Positions 27,549 to 38,100 of a DNA stretch of 64,000 bases are shown here, in pieces. Within the stretch, counting starts at the first letter, position 1. Each line of letters begins with the position of its first letter. The notes under the pieces were generated by a model that saw only the letters and a list, made by a program, of their open reading frames with translations, searched no databases and was not told the origin of the DNA. The DNA lies in the IMG/VR virus record IMGVR_UViG_3300030103_004079; one strand, 5' to 3'. A program made the position numbers and the translations under genes. This DNA comes from an uncultured virus (IMG/VR IMGVR_UViG_3300030103_004079). Its lineage: Duplodnaviria; Heunggongvirae; Uroviricota; Caudoviricetes.

Positions 27549-28518
27549 AGAAGAATACTTGAGTTATGTCAAGGCACAGAATAATAGGACTAATGTTTAC
27601 ACTAGTGTTTATGACTTTGCCGAGTTTGCAGAAAAGGCCAAGATAGATTCATCAGTTATACTTGATAGAATCTTTCTTGACTTTGATGCTCATGGTGAAA
27701 GTATCGAGAAAGCATGGAGAGATGTCAATGTTGTTATGACTTATGTTATTGAGAATGATTATCAATATACTCTTTTCTTTTCCGGTAGGGGCTTTCACTT
27801 GTTTGTTTTTGGTGAGGTTACAGACACAATTAGAAACATACAGGTTTTCTTTAGAGAGATTAAGACATACTTAGTAAATAGAGTTGGTAGTGATATAACC
27901 CTTGATGATAGGGTCGGTCAAGCAACAAGACTTAGAAGAATACCTAATACAGTAAACATGAGTTCTAGGGATGAGAATGGTAATCCATACTTTTGCATAC
28001 CTTTACTTCAAACTGATTTAGATAAACCAATTGATGAGATACTTAAGTTAGCCAAGAAACCTCGAAGCATACCATTTAGAAAAAGCGGGAATGTAAAAGT
28101 AGTGTTTCCCGAAGCACCACCTATGCAAGCAGTAAGCGGTGAAATTTCTGTTCCTAAAACAACAGGAACTTTGCCAATGCTACCATGTTTACACAATGCT
28201 ATCATGACCGAGAATCCTTCTCACATGGCTAGGGCATACTTAGTCTCATGGTATAGGGATTTATTATCCGGCTGTGCTAATGTAGAAAGTGACGCTGATA
28301 AACAGAAAATACTTGAGGCTATCATAGATGAAATAAGAACCTTAGTTGAAACAAACGAAGAGATATGGTTAGATTGGGATGAAAGAGAGACTAGAAAACA
28401 CGCAAAGTTTACTGTTTATGGAAACTACAGTAGTCCACATTGTACGACTGTATTAATTCCTAACGGGTATTGTGTTGGTAAGTGTTGGAGATACCCCGAA
28501 CATGCGGAGGAAGCATAA
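27469..28518 (+). CDS. Archaeo-eukaryotic primase, PriS catalytic domain fused to a PriL-like Fe-S domain
   Basis: FLDFD, FSGRGFH, LRRIPNT; C-terminal LPCL...PHC...C...C. Confidence 0.85.
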   Translation: MKFPREVWSGSQMKNAPPLPRRIVRSKEEYLSYVKAQNNRTNVYTSVYDFAEFAEKAKIDSSVILDRIFLDFDAHGESIEKAWRDVNVVMTYVIENDYQYTLFFSGRGFHLFVFGEVTDTIRNIQVFFREIKTYLVNRVGSDITLDDRVGQATRLRRIPNTVNMSSRDENGNPYFCIPLLQTDLDKPIDEILKLAKKPRSIPFRKSGNVKVVFPEAPPMQAVSGEISVPKTTGTLPMLPCLHNAIMTENPSHMARAYLVSWYRDLLSGCANVESDADKQKILEAIIDEIRTLVETNEEIWLDWDERETRKHAKFTVYGNYSSPHCTTVLIPNGYCVGKCWRYPEHAEEA

Positions 28519-29228
28519 TGTTAGTAATAGATAGTAGAGAAAAGAAAGGTTCTAAATTAGTAGAACTAGTAGAGAGTGAAGCATTAAAGATGAAGATACC
28601 TTATGAAAAGAAGTGGATAGAGATAGGTGATTATGTTTACGATGATGTATGTTTTGAGGCTAAATCAGCACATGATTTTCTTAGTTCAGTAATGAGCAAA
28701 AGAATGTGGACTCAATTAGATAACATGGATAGACACTACCAAACTAATGTTGTTATTATTTATGGCAGTATAGATGAAGGCGTAAACCAATATAAAAAAT
28801 ATATTAGAACTGATAAAACATTTACTAATGCACAACACGCTAATTGGTCTAATAAACTTAGAAATAAATTTCTTGGGGCTATTGGTAGAATAACACTAGA
28901 TACGGATGCTAAGGCATTTTGGGTAACTAGTGAAAAAGAAGCGGCTTTGATAATTGCTTCTATATGCAAAATGAAACCCATTAAGCGAGAAGTTATCAAG
29001 CCGGAGATATTTAAAAGAATATCAACAGATGATTTGAGGATAGACACCCTCATAACTATAAAGGGCTTATCAGTAGACAAGGCGAATGCGCTGATAAAGC
29101 ACTATGGTTCGATTATGGAAATAGGCGAACAAACAGAAAAAGAACTTCAAGAGATGGATGGTATAGGAAAAACCCTAGCCCGAAGAATCTTGAATGTATT
29201 GCATTCCGAAGAAAAGGTGAAAATATGA
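28518..29228 (+). CDS. ERCC4/XPF-type nuclease with HhH motifs
   Basis: VIDSRE, IGDY, FEAKS..DF, DGIGKTLARRI. Confidence 0.88.
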   Translation: MLVIDSREKKGSKLVELVESEALKMKIPYEKKWIEIGDYVYDDVCFEAKSAHDFLSSVMSKRMWTQLDNMDRHYQTNVVIIYGSIDEGVNQYKKYIRTDKTFTNAQHANWSNKLRNKFLGAIGRITLDTDAKAFWVTSEKEAALIIASICKMKPIKREVIKPEIFKRISTDDLRIDTLITIKGLSVDKANALIKHYGSIMEIGEQTEKELQEMDGIGKTLARRILNVLHSEEKVKI

Positions 29229-30787
29229 ATGAAGATAATGATAATTATGAGACAGAACAGCAAAGAGAATATGCGGAGATAATAGAAGAAGCATCAGTAA
29301 ACATGACTAGCGAATTGCCTAGATTAGTTGCTGAATTTCAAAAAGATGCTATCGCAGTTTCTTTCAAGAATGACATACCTGCGGCACTAAGTTGCTTTGT
29401 AATATTAGGACAGATTTGTAAAGACTTTATACAAATACCAAACGGTAGAAGCACAGAAGATAGCAGGGTACATTTTTGCCAAATACAAACTTCCGGTTCG
29501 GGTAAATCAACTCTATGGAATTTCGTAGAACCAGTTTCCGAAAAATTGTTTACTATGATAAACGAAAGTGGGCTTCATGTAAATAACAAATTTATAAACT
29601 CCAAAGGAGAAGAAGTTACTGGCGAAGATGGAGAGTTTCTTTCCAAAAAGAAATTTGATATTATGTCAGCCACAGAATACACTGATGCGGCACTTGTTGG
29701 TGGCTTTGAAGAGAAACTAATAGAAAAGCCCGTATTAGATAATGAAAATAATCCGGTACAAGATGATAACGGTCATCAAAGAATGAAGAAAGAACTAAGC
29801 ATGGTAAGACAAGCAGGTTTGTTAGAAGGAAGCGGATTAGCACATTGGGATGAGTTTGAATATTCCGGTGTGTTTAAACAAAGCCAAAACAAAGAACAGG
29901 CCATCGTCTATCTAAATACCTTAATGAATACACTAGCAGGTTCTTCTTGGGTAATTAAGAAAAAACTAAAACAAGGAGATATGATGAAATGTTATTGCGA
30001 AAGGTCAATATTAGCCATGACATATCCACCGGAAAAGTTAGCAAAGGTTATCGCTAACAAAGGTGTCTTACAAAGAATGATTCTATTTATTTGGGATGTT
30101 CCCGAACATACTCTACACCAAATGAGAAAGGAGCAAATAAACCAAGCAGGTAAAATTGATGATGCTAAACAACCAGTTGATGTTCACGCAGAAAGACTGT
30201 TTAAGGTCTATCAAGCAGTTAAAGATAGATTCCATGAAGTTGATAAAAACCCATTGAACACTATGGTCTACACTCCGGACTTCAATGATAGGCTTAGTTA
30301 CGAATACGAGGTCATGCGTAAATTCATTAGCGACACACATCCCGAAGTTAGGAAGATTGTATCTACCTTTCAAACTAGATTGCTCAAGATACTAATTAAA
30401 ATGGCCGTCTTGTGTTCTGTTTCCGAAGCCCTTAGTATTAAGGATAAATCTAAAAGGTTTAGGGTTACGAGCAAGAATGTTGAAGCGGCAGGTGTTATCG
30501 TGCAACAATGTTATAAAACATTGGTAGCATGGTTAGAGCAAAGCCTAAAGCGCACTAGGAGGAAAAAGGTCACGGAAAAGGATTCAGTATTCTTCAAAGC
30601 GGTCAAAGAAGTAAAGAAAGACGAAGATGGATTCTTTGCTAAAAATGACTTAATGAAGAAACTAGAAGAAGCCGGTGTCACTTATTCCACTAGATATAGA
30701 ATGTTTGCAGACTATGAAGACGATAAATTCAACAAAAGAAAAACAGGAAGAACCGTTTACTTGAAATTAAAGGAGGAAAAGAAATGA
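29225..30787 (+). CDS. MCM-like AAA+ replicative helicase (divergent)
   Basis: SGSGKS Walker A, TDAALVG, WDEFE Walker B, LQRM arginine finger, C-terminal wHTH-like region. Confidence 0.7.
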   Translation: MNEDNDNYETEQQREYAEIIEEASVNMTSELPRLVAEFQKDAIAVSFKNDIPAALSCFVILGQICKDFIQIPNGRSTEDSRVHFCQIQTSGSGKSTLWNFVEPVSEKLFTMINESGLHVNNKFINSKGEEVTGEDGEFLSKKKFDIMSATEYTDAALVGGFEEKLIEKPVLDNENNPVQDDNGHQRMKKELSMVRQAGLLEGSGLAHWDEFEYSGVFKQSQNKEQAIVYLNTLMNTLAGSSWVIKKKLKQGDMMKCYCERSILAMTYPPEKLAKVIANKGVLQRMILFIWDVPEHTLHQMRKEQINQAGKIDDAKQPVDVHAERLFKVYQAVKDRFHEVDKNPLNTMVYTPDFNDRLSYEYEVMRKFISDTHPEVRKIVSTFQTRLLKILIKMAVLCSVSEALSIKDKSKRFRVTSKNVEAAGVIVQQCYKTLVAWLEQSLKRTRRKKVTEKDSVFFKAVKEVKKDEDGFFAKNDLMKKLEEAGVTYSTRYRMFADYEDDKFNKRKTGRTVYLKLKEEKK

Positions 30788-31005
30788 AATACGAAAATAC
30801 ATATGTTGTTTTTGATGTGACAAAGGGGCCAAAAGTAATAATAGAAACATTAGATACTTATGGTGATGAAGGTTGGGAATGTTGTTCCATGCTAAGTATT
30901 GCAGGAACTAACATCGTTGCTTTCTTGAAAAGAAGAATTGGCGCAGACGAACCAACAGTAGATGAAGAAAGTGAGAAGATTAGCAAACTTTGGTCTAGTG
31001 ATTAA
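30784..31005 (+). CDS. DUF4177-like small protein
   Basis: LDTYGDEGWE...FLKR. Confidence 0.65.
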   Translation: MKYENTYVVFDVTKGPKVIIETLDTYGDEGWECCSMLSIAGTNIVAFLKRRIGADEPTVDEESEKISKLWSSD

Positions 31006-31007
31006 GC

Positions 31008-31601
31008 ATGTCAGTTTTAGCGTTAGATATTGAAACAAAAAATATGTCGCATGAAATAGGCGGCTTTGGTAATACCCATATGTTTCAAGTTTCTACCGTC
31101 GCTACTTGGGATGGAAATACAGGAACAGTTTATGTTGACGAACCTGTAGATTCATTTGCTAAGTCCGGTCATGTTGTTAAAAGTCTAGGCGAATTGAAGT
31201 ATGATTTAGACGACCACCTATCTAAGGGTGGAAAGGTTTTAGGCCACAATATAGCGGTCTTTGACCTTCCCATCCTTAGAGACTCTATGGATATATATTG
31301 TATTCATAAGTACATAGGTGATAAGAATTATATTGATACTAGTAAGATATTGTTGAAAGAACACGGAGAAAGATTCCAACTTAAGAATCTTGTAAAGTGT
31401 ACTATGGATGACTCTAAACTTATGGATAGTGCAGATGCACCGAAGTTATGGAAGATGGGTCAATATGATGAAGTAGTTGAGTATTGTATGAAAGATACCC
31501 AATTAGTTTATGACCTTTGGCAGTATGGGAAAGAACATGGGATTGTGAAAGCCTTCTCAATAGAGAAAGAAGAATTTGTAGATTTGGAGGTGAATTGGTA
31601 A
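31008..31601 (+). CDS. DEDD 3'-5' exonuclease
   Basis: LDIET, GHNIAVFD, YCMKD. Confidence 0.85.
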   Translation: MSVLALDIETKNMSHEIGGFGNTHMFQVSTVATWDGNTGTVYVDEPVDSFAKSGHVVKSLGELKYDLDDHLSKGGKVLGHNIAVFDLPILRDSMDIYCIHKYIGDKNYIDTSKILLKEHGERFQLKNLVKCTMDDSKLMDSADAPKLWKMGQYDEVVEYCMKDTQLVYDLWQYGKEHGIVKAFSIEKEEFVDLEVNW

Positions 31602-31750
31602 TGAGTACAGCAGAATGGTTTGGTCTGTTTATCTTTATGGTCATTCTAACACTATTGTTTTTTGCCGCATTCGGTGGCACTAATATAACAGAACAAAGTG
31701 TGGATGATTATATTAAAAGATTGATGGGTCAAACGGAAGAAAAGAAATGA
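31601..31750 (+). CDS. Small membrane protein
   Basis: WFGLFIFMVILTLLFFAAF; GGAGGTGA RBS. Confidence 0.65.
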   Translation: MSTAEWFGLFIFMVILTLLFFAAFGGTNITEQSVDDYIKRLMGQTEEKK

Positions 31751-31893
31751 GTTTAAAGCAGATTTGTCAATACTGTGGCGAGAAAACTATTGCTAAAAGA
31801 ATCTTAGGATTCTATGTTGGTTCTAGTGAACAAGTTAAGTTATGGGAATGCCGTGAATGTCATAGCATTTGGTCAAATAAAACGAAAAAATGA
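31747..31893 (+). CDS. Micro Zn-ribbon protein (48 aa), absent from ORF track
   Basis: CQYCG...WECRECH. Confidence 0.6.
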   Translation: MSLKQICQYCGEKTIAKRILGFYVGSSEQVKLWECRECHSIWSNKTKK

Positions 31894-31945
31894 AAGAGGA
31901 GGTGGCTTCGGCCATCTCTTCTTATTTTTTTTTCAATTTTTTTTT
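31894..31945 (+). terminator. Intrinsic terminator at the junction of the convergent arms
   Basis: 13-bp stem with cTTCGg loop followed by two long T tracts. Confidence 0.8.
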
Positions 31946-32103
31946 CAAAAGTTTTCTAAAAAATCTCGAAAACTTTCTGAATAGGCGAAAGTTATTCGTC
32001 GTTTGAATTTAAAATAATAAAACCTAATGGTTTATCTTGAACGAATAAGGCACTAACGGTTAAATAACCAATAGCGAAACTAAGCAAGAAGTACGCCAAA
32101 TAC

Positions 32104-32586
32104 TCAATCAATGTCATACCAAAATCCTATGTTGTCGCAGTAACTTCCATACTTGTGCATCATAGCCGCTTTATAGCCATCATATGATAGTGGGTTATCT
32201 CCTATCCAAGAATCAAACCAACCAATATCCCAATGTGAACCTGTGGGTATATTCCAAGTTTCTATGTCTTCTTTAATTAAAGTAAATCTACTATCCTTAG
32301 CACAATAAGGCCAAACCATATCTATTACTTCTTGTGAGTTTTCTATAATAGTAACAGAATTAAAAGTGTGGTTATCAATCAATTCTTTATTTAGAAAACC
32401 TATTCCCAAACCCGCTACTAATATATCTCCTGTTGCATTCTCCCAAAGCCACTTATGGGTATGATATTCCGAATAGTTATCTTTCATAATAGAACCTACG
32501 CTTTTCTTAATTAGCGAAAGTTCTCCATTATCCATTTCTAACTTCCAGTTAGTTGTTTCATCTTCGGGTATATTTATTCCTAACAT
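32104..32586 (-). CDS. Class I SAM-dependent methyltransferase-like protein
   Basis: ILVAGLGIG, VTIIEN, DIGWFDSW. Confidence 0.75.
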   Translation of the reverse strand: MLGINIPEDETTNWKLEMDNGELSLIKKSVGSIMKDNYSEYHTHKWLWENATGDILVAGLGIGFLNKELIDNHTFNSVTIIENSQEVIDMVWPYCAKDSRFTLIKEDIETWNIPTGSHWDIGWFDSWIGDNPLSYDGYKAAMMHKYGSYCDNIGFWYDID

Positions 32587-32594
32587 TTAATCAC

Positions 32595-33473
32595 CTAAGT
32601 TAATATTAACTCATAAAGGAAATGAGTTGTTTCTGCGGCTTGTCCTGTATCGCCTCTTATTCTAAATTCAATATTCAAACTTTGTCCGGCAGTAGCATTA
32701 GGGGTTCCCGTACCGCCTCTACCTGCAAAGTTTCTTAATGAACAAATACAATGAGTATCGCCACTGACAAGGACAGTAGTATTTCCGGTAGTTACAACAC
32801 CATTTGAACCAAGATGAGAGTTACTAGTAACCGGCCCTGCAAAAAAGTTAAGGGCTTCAGCCGCATTAGTAAAACTTGTTGAATCTACAAGAGGATAAAT
32901 TTGCCCGACTTGGGAACGGTGAGTTTTAGCGGCAAGACCCATACTACTAAAGTTTGCAGATGCTCCAAGTATGTCTATATCTCCTTGTGGGATTGAAACA
33001 ACTCCGGTGTTAGGAGATTCTAAAAACCATCCGAATAAAAAGAAAGTTTCATCAATGTGTACCGCCGAACCACCACCACCAGTAAAGCCTGTTCCAATTA
33101 AACTATTAAAACTAGAAGCGGGCATACTGTGTGATAATTTTATAGTGTAATCTCCGCCATTAAGTGAAGGACTTGTTAAATCCGTAAGAGCCATACTTGC
33201 ATTAGTAATTGAATTACCATTAAATGGCGATATTATTTGTGGGCCTATATTATTTTGGAACATTTCATTAAAATTCATTCCTATTGTATGTACTGTAAAT
33301 CCAACTGGCCCACCATTAGAAATAGCAGTATATATTTGGCTAGGTGGGTTTAATCCCACAGGAGGGCCACCGCCACCACCTCCACCACCGCCGCCTCCGG
33401 CATTAGCCTTATCTTCAGCACAAGCCCCTGCAACAGCAAGATAAATAATAATCACACTCCTAAAGCAATCCAA
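32595..33473 (-). CDS. Putative tail-fibre tip or receptor-binding protein
   Basis: Poly-Gly linker then G/S/T/N-rich beta domain at the end of the tail operon; start uncertain. Confidence 0.5.
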   Translation of the reverse strand: MDCFRSVIIIYLAVAGACAEDKANAGGGGGGGGGGGPPVGLNPPSQIYTAISNGGPVGFTVHTIGMNFNEMFQNNIGPQIISPFNGNSITNASMALTDLTSPSLNGGDYTIKLSHSMPASSFNSLIGTGFTGGGGSAVHIDETFFLFGWFLESPNTGVVSIPQGDIDILGASANFSSMGLAAKTHRSQVGQIYPLVDSTSFTNAAEALNFFAGPVTSNSHLGSNGVVTTGNTTVLVSGDTHCICSLRNFAGRGGTGTPNATAGQSLNIEFRIRGDTGQAAETTHFLYELILT

Positions 33474-34789
33474 TCATTATTACCGATAGCAATACAAGTT
33501 ACCCCATTAAAAGTAGCAACCGTAGCATCGGAAGCCGCATTATTAATATTATTACCATTTCTTCCAACAGTGATATTACCACCTGTTGTGTTTAGAATAG
33601 TAAAATGTACTCCTATAGCAGAAGTAGTAGGTAAAGTTACATTTCCATTACAAATTAAATATTTTCCTGCGTGGGTTGCTTCCGTTAAAGTAGTGCTTGC
33701 ACTTACAGAAACAGTTGCTAATCTACGACTTGCGAATGTTTCACAACCGAGCGAATGACCACTATCAACTATAACACTCCCTGTAAATGTTCCACCCGCT
33801 AGTGGCATAGCGGCAATATCAGTTAGTGTTTGAGCCGCAGTTCTGCCTTCTATCTGTGTTCCATCTACTCTTAAGAAATCATCATCTGCCAAGTTACCAT
33901 TAGCCTGTAATATGTTATTATTTGCTATGCCGAGTGTTCCTGTTAATGCTCCTATGTCCGACGCTACTTCTGTTCCTGTTCTAAATTTAATAACGCCACT
34001 ATCACTAACTAAGAATTTATCAGTATCACTACCACAAGCCGCTATTGAACTTAGAGTTGTAGCCCCTGCAATTGTAGTGGCTCCTGTTCCAAGAACAGTT
34101 AATTTAGCGGCATCCGAGTTATTTCTAACTTCAAAAGCAGTAGCAGAAGTATCGGTTCCTAACCTTGCTACGATTTTCTTATCTGCATCTGTATTATCAA
34201 TAATAAAATCTCCACCGGCAGTAGGTACTTCTACTGTAGTTCCACCACTAGCGGCAGTTATTTTACACATTTCAGTATATCCCGAACTATCATAACCAAT
34301 GCTTAGAGCATTAGATGTCTTATCGGTTGTTAAATATTGAACAGTCATATTACCGAATCCCGAAGTATAAGTTATTACTGCAATTATTACATCATTACCA
34401 TCTGCATAATCCGGTATTCTGTTTGCTGTATTAGCACCATGAGGAATAATCTTCAATCTATCTGCTTGCGCTTCTCCAACATCAGCGACTAATAAATGAC
34501 TAACATTAGCAGGGCTAGTAGTAAAAAGAGAAGAATCAAAATTTTTAGCGTCACATGGAACAAGATTCCCGTTAGCAAATACAAATCCGCTAGTTACTTG
34601 AATTACATTTCCACTACCTGCTTGAGTTATGTTAAATCCATTAGTAGTTTTTACTGCATAATTTCCACGCATTCCTAACGATAACGACTTAATCAAGCCA
34701 GTGTGAGGAAAGTCTACTGCATCTGTAATGTGACCTAATGTTCCACTTGTTCCGGCTGTGCTAAATCTATTTGGGTTTGTTAATGTCAT
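33452..34789 (-). CDS. Tail fibre-like protein
   Basis: G/T/A-rich, LAGGTFTG fibre motif, C-terminal TLP...ILN.TGG.ITV..DWI domain. Confidence 0.65.
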   Translation of the reverse strand: MTLTNPNRFSTAGTSGTLGHITDAVDFPHTGLIKSLSLGMRGNYAVKTTNGFNITQAGSGNVIQVTSGFVFANGNLVPCDAKNFDSSLFTTSPANVSHLLVADVGEAQADRLKIIPHGANTANRIPDYADGNDVIIAVITYTSGFGNMTVQYLTTDKTSNALSIGYDSSGYTEMCKITAASGGTTVEVPTAGGDFIIDNTDADKKIVARLGTDTSATAFEVRNNSDAAKLTVLGTGATTIAGATTLSSIAACGSDTDKFLVSDSGVIKFRTGTEVASDIGALTGTLGIANNNILQANGNLADDDFLRVDGTQIEGRTAAQTLTDIAAMPLAGGTFTGSVIVDSGHSLGCETFASRRLATVSVSASTTLTEATHAGKYLICNGNVTLPTTSAIGVHFTILNTTGGNITVGRNGNNINNAASDATVATFNGVTCIAIGNNDWIALGV

Positions 34790-34790
34790 T

Positions 34791-35141
34791 CTATTCTACC
34801 TCCAAAGTTATGAAAAATTCTACTGTATCGCTTGAAGAAAATGGGCCAATTCCATCAAAGTTTTCTCTAAATAACATGTTAGAGTTAGTATCGAAGACTC
34901 CAACTTCTCTAAGAACTTGTCCTGTCATGGCCGCATTTGCTCCACTAACTGTTAATTTTATTTGGACAACATTAGCATCGGATTGTGTAGCATTAGAACT
35001 AGCAGTTGCCACAAGAACAACATCTAAATCATTCTGTGAAGCAAATGTAGAGTTTCCCCCCAATCCAACTTTACCGCTACCTGCATCTACTAGGCTTTTA
35101 AGTTCAGCCGCTAATAAATTTTTCAATTTGTCAGTTATCAA
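34791..35141 (-). CDS. Small tail/baseplate protein
   Basis: LREVGVFD motif typical of fibre-attachment proteins. Confidence 0.55.
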   Translation of the reverse strand: MITDKLKNLLAAELKSLVDAGSGKVGLGGNSTFASQNDLDVVLVATASSNATQSDANVVQIKLTVSGANAAMTGQVLREVGVFDTNSNMLFRENFDGIGPFSSSDTVEFFITLEVE

Positions 35142-38100
35142 AATTCTTCCTCCAATAATGTAGTGAAAGTGGTCACTCCTATATTCAATGCATTGGTGTT
35201 TGTATTTAGCGTTTCCGAGTCAGTTGAGTTAGTTCCCAATGTAAATGCCCCTACAGGGGTTGATTTTTTGACCACTTTAAATTCAATAGGTTTTACTTTA
35301 ACTAAATCTAAGAAGTTGAAGGCAACATCACTATCGTCAATATCATCCTCTCTAACTTTATTATTGACTCCTCTATTCTCTATTGCTAATTCTGTAAACC
35401 TGTCCTCTAAACCTTTAGTGTAACTTCCCAATTCTAAATCTAAAGTTCCTGTAAGGTTATGTTTTATTTCTAATACTATGAACCGACTTCTAGCAATATT
35501 CTCTTCCGGTATTTCAACAGTTACAACATCGCCAACTCTCAAATGTGATATTCCCTTGTGGCCGACGCTAATACTTAATCCAAAGGAATTATTATTGTGT
35601 AATTTTAACAATTCTCTTGCTCTTTTATTTACATCACTTTGCGTAACTAATTCATTTTCAAAGACCTGTAAAGTTTTTCTTCCTTTGAGCATTATGCTTC
35701 TAATATCTCTAACAACTGACTTTTTATTTTTGCCATTAACTATTATTTCATTAAATAAATCGAACTCGCTTTTTTCTTTGCTATAAGTAAATATTCGTGT
35801 ATCGGTGTTTTTAGTTGTAAAAAATATACTTGTTTTAAATATAGAACTATCATTTTCATCAATAGTAAATACACCATTATCCTCAATGAGTTTTTTATTC
35901 TTTTTACTCATCAAGAATTTAATTGCTGAAAATAAATCTACTCCTCTAAAATTAGGAGCAACATAATACGGGTATGCACTTTCTTCTAAATTAAAATCTA
36001 AATCATTTATTTCCATAAGTTCGTTGATGAGTTTATCCGAGTCTTGGCAAACAGAAACAACAGAACCTATTAATGCTCTTTCTCCTATATCCCCTGCTTG
36101 GCCATCTACCAAAATATCAATAGTTTCGGATAGTGAAACTACTCCTAACATTTCTTCTTGTTTTTCTATTGTAATGTCAAATCTAATATTATCTCCGCTA
36201 TCTTCAAAAGTAACACTAGTTAATTTACTATTACTACCATCACTTATATTCATCTCAACTGTTCCGCTAGCCATAATGTTATCTCTAAGATTTACAGGAT
36301 TCTCTACAACTAAATTCCCGTCTGCGCTTTGTCCATCGGGGTCTACAACTACATACATTGACAATACTGCTTCATTATTGCCTTCTTGCGTTCTATCACT
36401 GAATTCTTCTCCCCATAAATAATTAGGTATTTTTGCGGGGTATGTTGCATCTTCACTTGGCATTTTTGTATATTTAGATGAAAGTTCATTTATTCTAATT
36501 TTGTTTGGACTAAAACTATGGAAGCAAGTGTGGTTTGGTTGCATAATTCTAAAATTCTTGAATCTTTGATTATTAGAATTATTTGTTACAGCGTCGGGGA
36601 AAGTGCCGCTTAGAGTTAATATGTGATTTCTTTCCTGCCTAGTTGTATCAATTTCATGCGAGATAACATATAACATATATTTTGGACTTGTATTATTTAT
36701 TGAATATCTCATCATGTTTTGTCCCGACCCTATTCCATGAGAACCCCCTATCCCCCCTCCTGCTGTAGCATAATCTTCTACAATTTCGGCTTGTGGGTTA
36801 TAGGCTTCAACTTCTTCACTTACTAAATAACAACCAGTTAAGTCCATATAACTTAACCAGTGTAGATTATTAGGGAAAAGAAGGTTAGGTGCGCTTGCCC
36901 TACTTGTTTCTCCTCTCAATACTGATTTATCATGAATTGATATAACATGGACTTCTGTTCCATTAGTTGCTTCCTCTTTGGTTACATAATGCTGACTAAC
37001 CCTAACATTGATATCTGTTCCTGCTGAAGTAGCATTCGATGTCATGAATAATTTGTTAGGGTTGGAAACCATATCTACTTCATATACTCTAGTAAACTTA
37101 GGTATTTTTCCTTCGGGGCTGTGCAAGTAAGAGTAGTTTAGAGTGGTTGACCCGAACTGACCTAATGAAGAAGACTCTACCCTATCCAAATCATCTACAC
37201 ACCTTGCTGAACCTAGAGTAAATGTGCAAGGAGCAATATAACCTGTATCTATTTTTAACAGTGGTTTTAATCCTGCAAATACTCCATCTGCATCATTATT
37301 ATAAGTTACAAAATCAGCATCAGCATTCGTTACACCTGCCGTTATATCGGTAGAATTAGTCTTAACCTTTCTACTACGAAAACCCGCATGTGCCGGCACA
37401 TAACTTGCATTAATGGTTTTGCTTTGTATTCCGAATCTTACTTCTTTTTTATTTGCGGAAGTTGCATCAAAATCAATCTGTCTACAACTCACCAATCTTG
37501 GTGCTGTCATACCTATGGAAACCTTTGCACCAGTTCCACCTGCTATTTTGTATCTATCTAAAAACACGGGTAAGTGATTCATATATGCTTTTGATTCGTG
37601 GTTTGTAATATTAGCAGTAGTGCTACCGCCAAAACTATGAGCATTAACAGCATCAAACCCTACACTTCCTAAACCATCTTCTGGTGAAAAAGTTAATTCT
37701 GTTAAAGGTGCAAAAATTTCGCTTCTTCTTTTGCTATAATAATTAGAGTAGTTGCGAGTGACCATTTCAGCGATAGTGTGATTCCCTGCCAGTTGGCTAA
37801 ATATAGAGTCACCTGCAAAAGTAATAGGGAGTATTAGAGTAGAATCTTCTCCTACCCCTTGCACTGAAGTTTGTGCTGTGGCAGGGTTGCTACCTGTATT
37901 TTCGGGGTGTCTATCTAATGCAAACTTAGTTCCTAATCCACCATAACCCGATTCTTTATCTGTTCTAACAGTATCAACATATCCATTGATTGCGGAGGCC
38001 AATCCTCTCATTGTCGCCATTTGTAATGGATTAATCAAACCAACTGTTGAGAAATCATTATCGCCATTATATCCTTTTATGTTTGCCGCCCCTACGGTGT

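Noticed and set aside
813..31680. Minus-strand ORFs in the early arm (e.g. 11639..11947, 14968..15372, 18395..18832)
   Set aside because: Antisense shadows of well-supported genes, with F/S/L/I-rich composition and no motifs
33364..33400. GC-rich ccaccg repeat
   Set aside because: Simply encodes a poly-Gly linker
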